From: Candidatus Iainarchaeum sp.
Lineage (GTDB): Archaea > Iainarchaeota > Iainarchaeia > Iainarchaeales > VGJJ01
Reading direction: 5' to 3'
Length of the DNA: 32,000 nucleotides
Assembly: GCA_030688545.1 (NCBI GenBank)
Contig: JAUYHT010000008.1
Span: forward strand, 123,888-155,887
The notes under the pieces were generated by a model. That model did no database searches. It was not told the origin of the DNA and saw only the letters and a program-made list of their open reading frames with translations. Every line of letters begins with the position of its first letter. The stretch's first letter is position 1. Below are positions 31,871 through 32,000 of the stretch, one piece after another. A program made the translations under genes and the position numbers.

Positions 31871-32000
31871 TCGTATCCAGCGTTAGAGTGCAATCCGGCT
31901 GGCTGATATCCCCAGTTTAGCGACTCTCATTTTGATTTATTTTCAATCCTATATTTTATTTCATAGACATTGGGAGAAGATTGCTGCGGATTTGATTTTT

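Noticed and set aside
31639-31893. 84-aa minus-strand ORF.
   Set aside because: It overlaps both hand-folded tRNA-Gly genes; it is an artefact of the tRNA sequence being open in one frame.
1-32000. I searched by eye for CRISPR arrays, rRNA genes, IS elements/transposases, integrases and long direct or tandem repeats.
   Set aside because: I found none. There are no regularly spaced repeats, no DDE/tyrosine-recombinase-like ORFs and no rRNA-like conserved stretches. The intein is the only clear selfish element.

Overview
Archaeal chromosomal segment, densely coded on both strands. GC-rich housekeeping genes of clearly archaeal type alternate with markedly AT-rich islands. The housekeeping set is a class I CCA-adding enzyme, Elp3, Pelota, ABCE1, an RFC small subunit interrupted by a 631-aa LAGLIDADG intein, NreA, ThrRS and three tRNAs without encoded CCA. 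The AT-rich islands hold genes with few or no recognisable domains: two tandem basic helical proteins, an HxHxxxxN kinase-fold protein, two sigma-70-region-4/LuxR-HTH plus winged-helix proteins, methyltransferases and small ORFs. The left end carries two toxin-antitoxin-like pairs: a DUF6516/TumE-like gene with an HTH partner truncated by the window edge, and VapBC with a 9-4-9 palindromic operator. Most first-in-operon genes have an A/T box centred 24-27 nt upstream of an ATG, which implies leaderless transcripts. Three divergent gene pairs share one palindromic or mirrored TATA element. The most system-like unexplained unit is a two-gene operon at 10542..11268. It encodes a 121-aa Rossmann/CARF-like protein that overlaps by 8 nt a membrane-anchored COG4741 (Hjc-related PD-(D/E)xK) nuclease. 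I saw no rRNA, CRISPR array, transposase or integrase. All functional calls rest on motif recognition by eye; no database search was possible.
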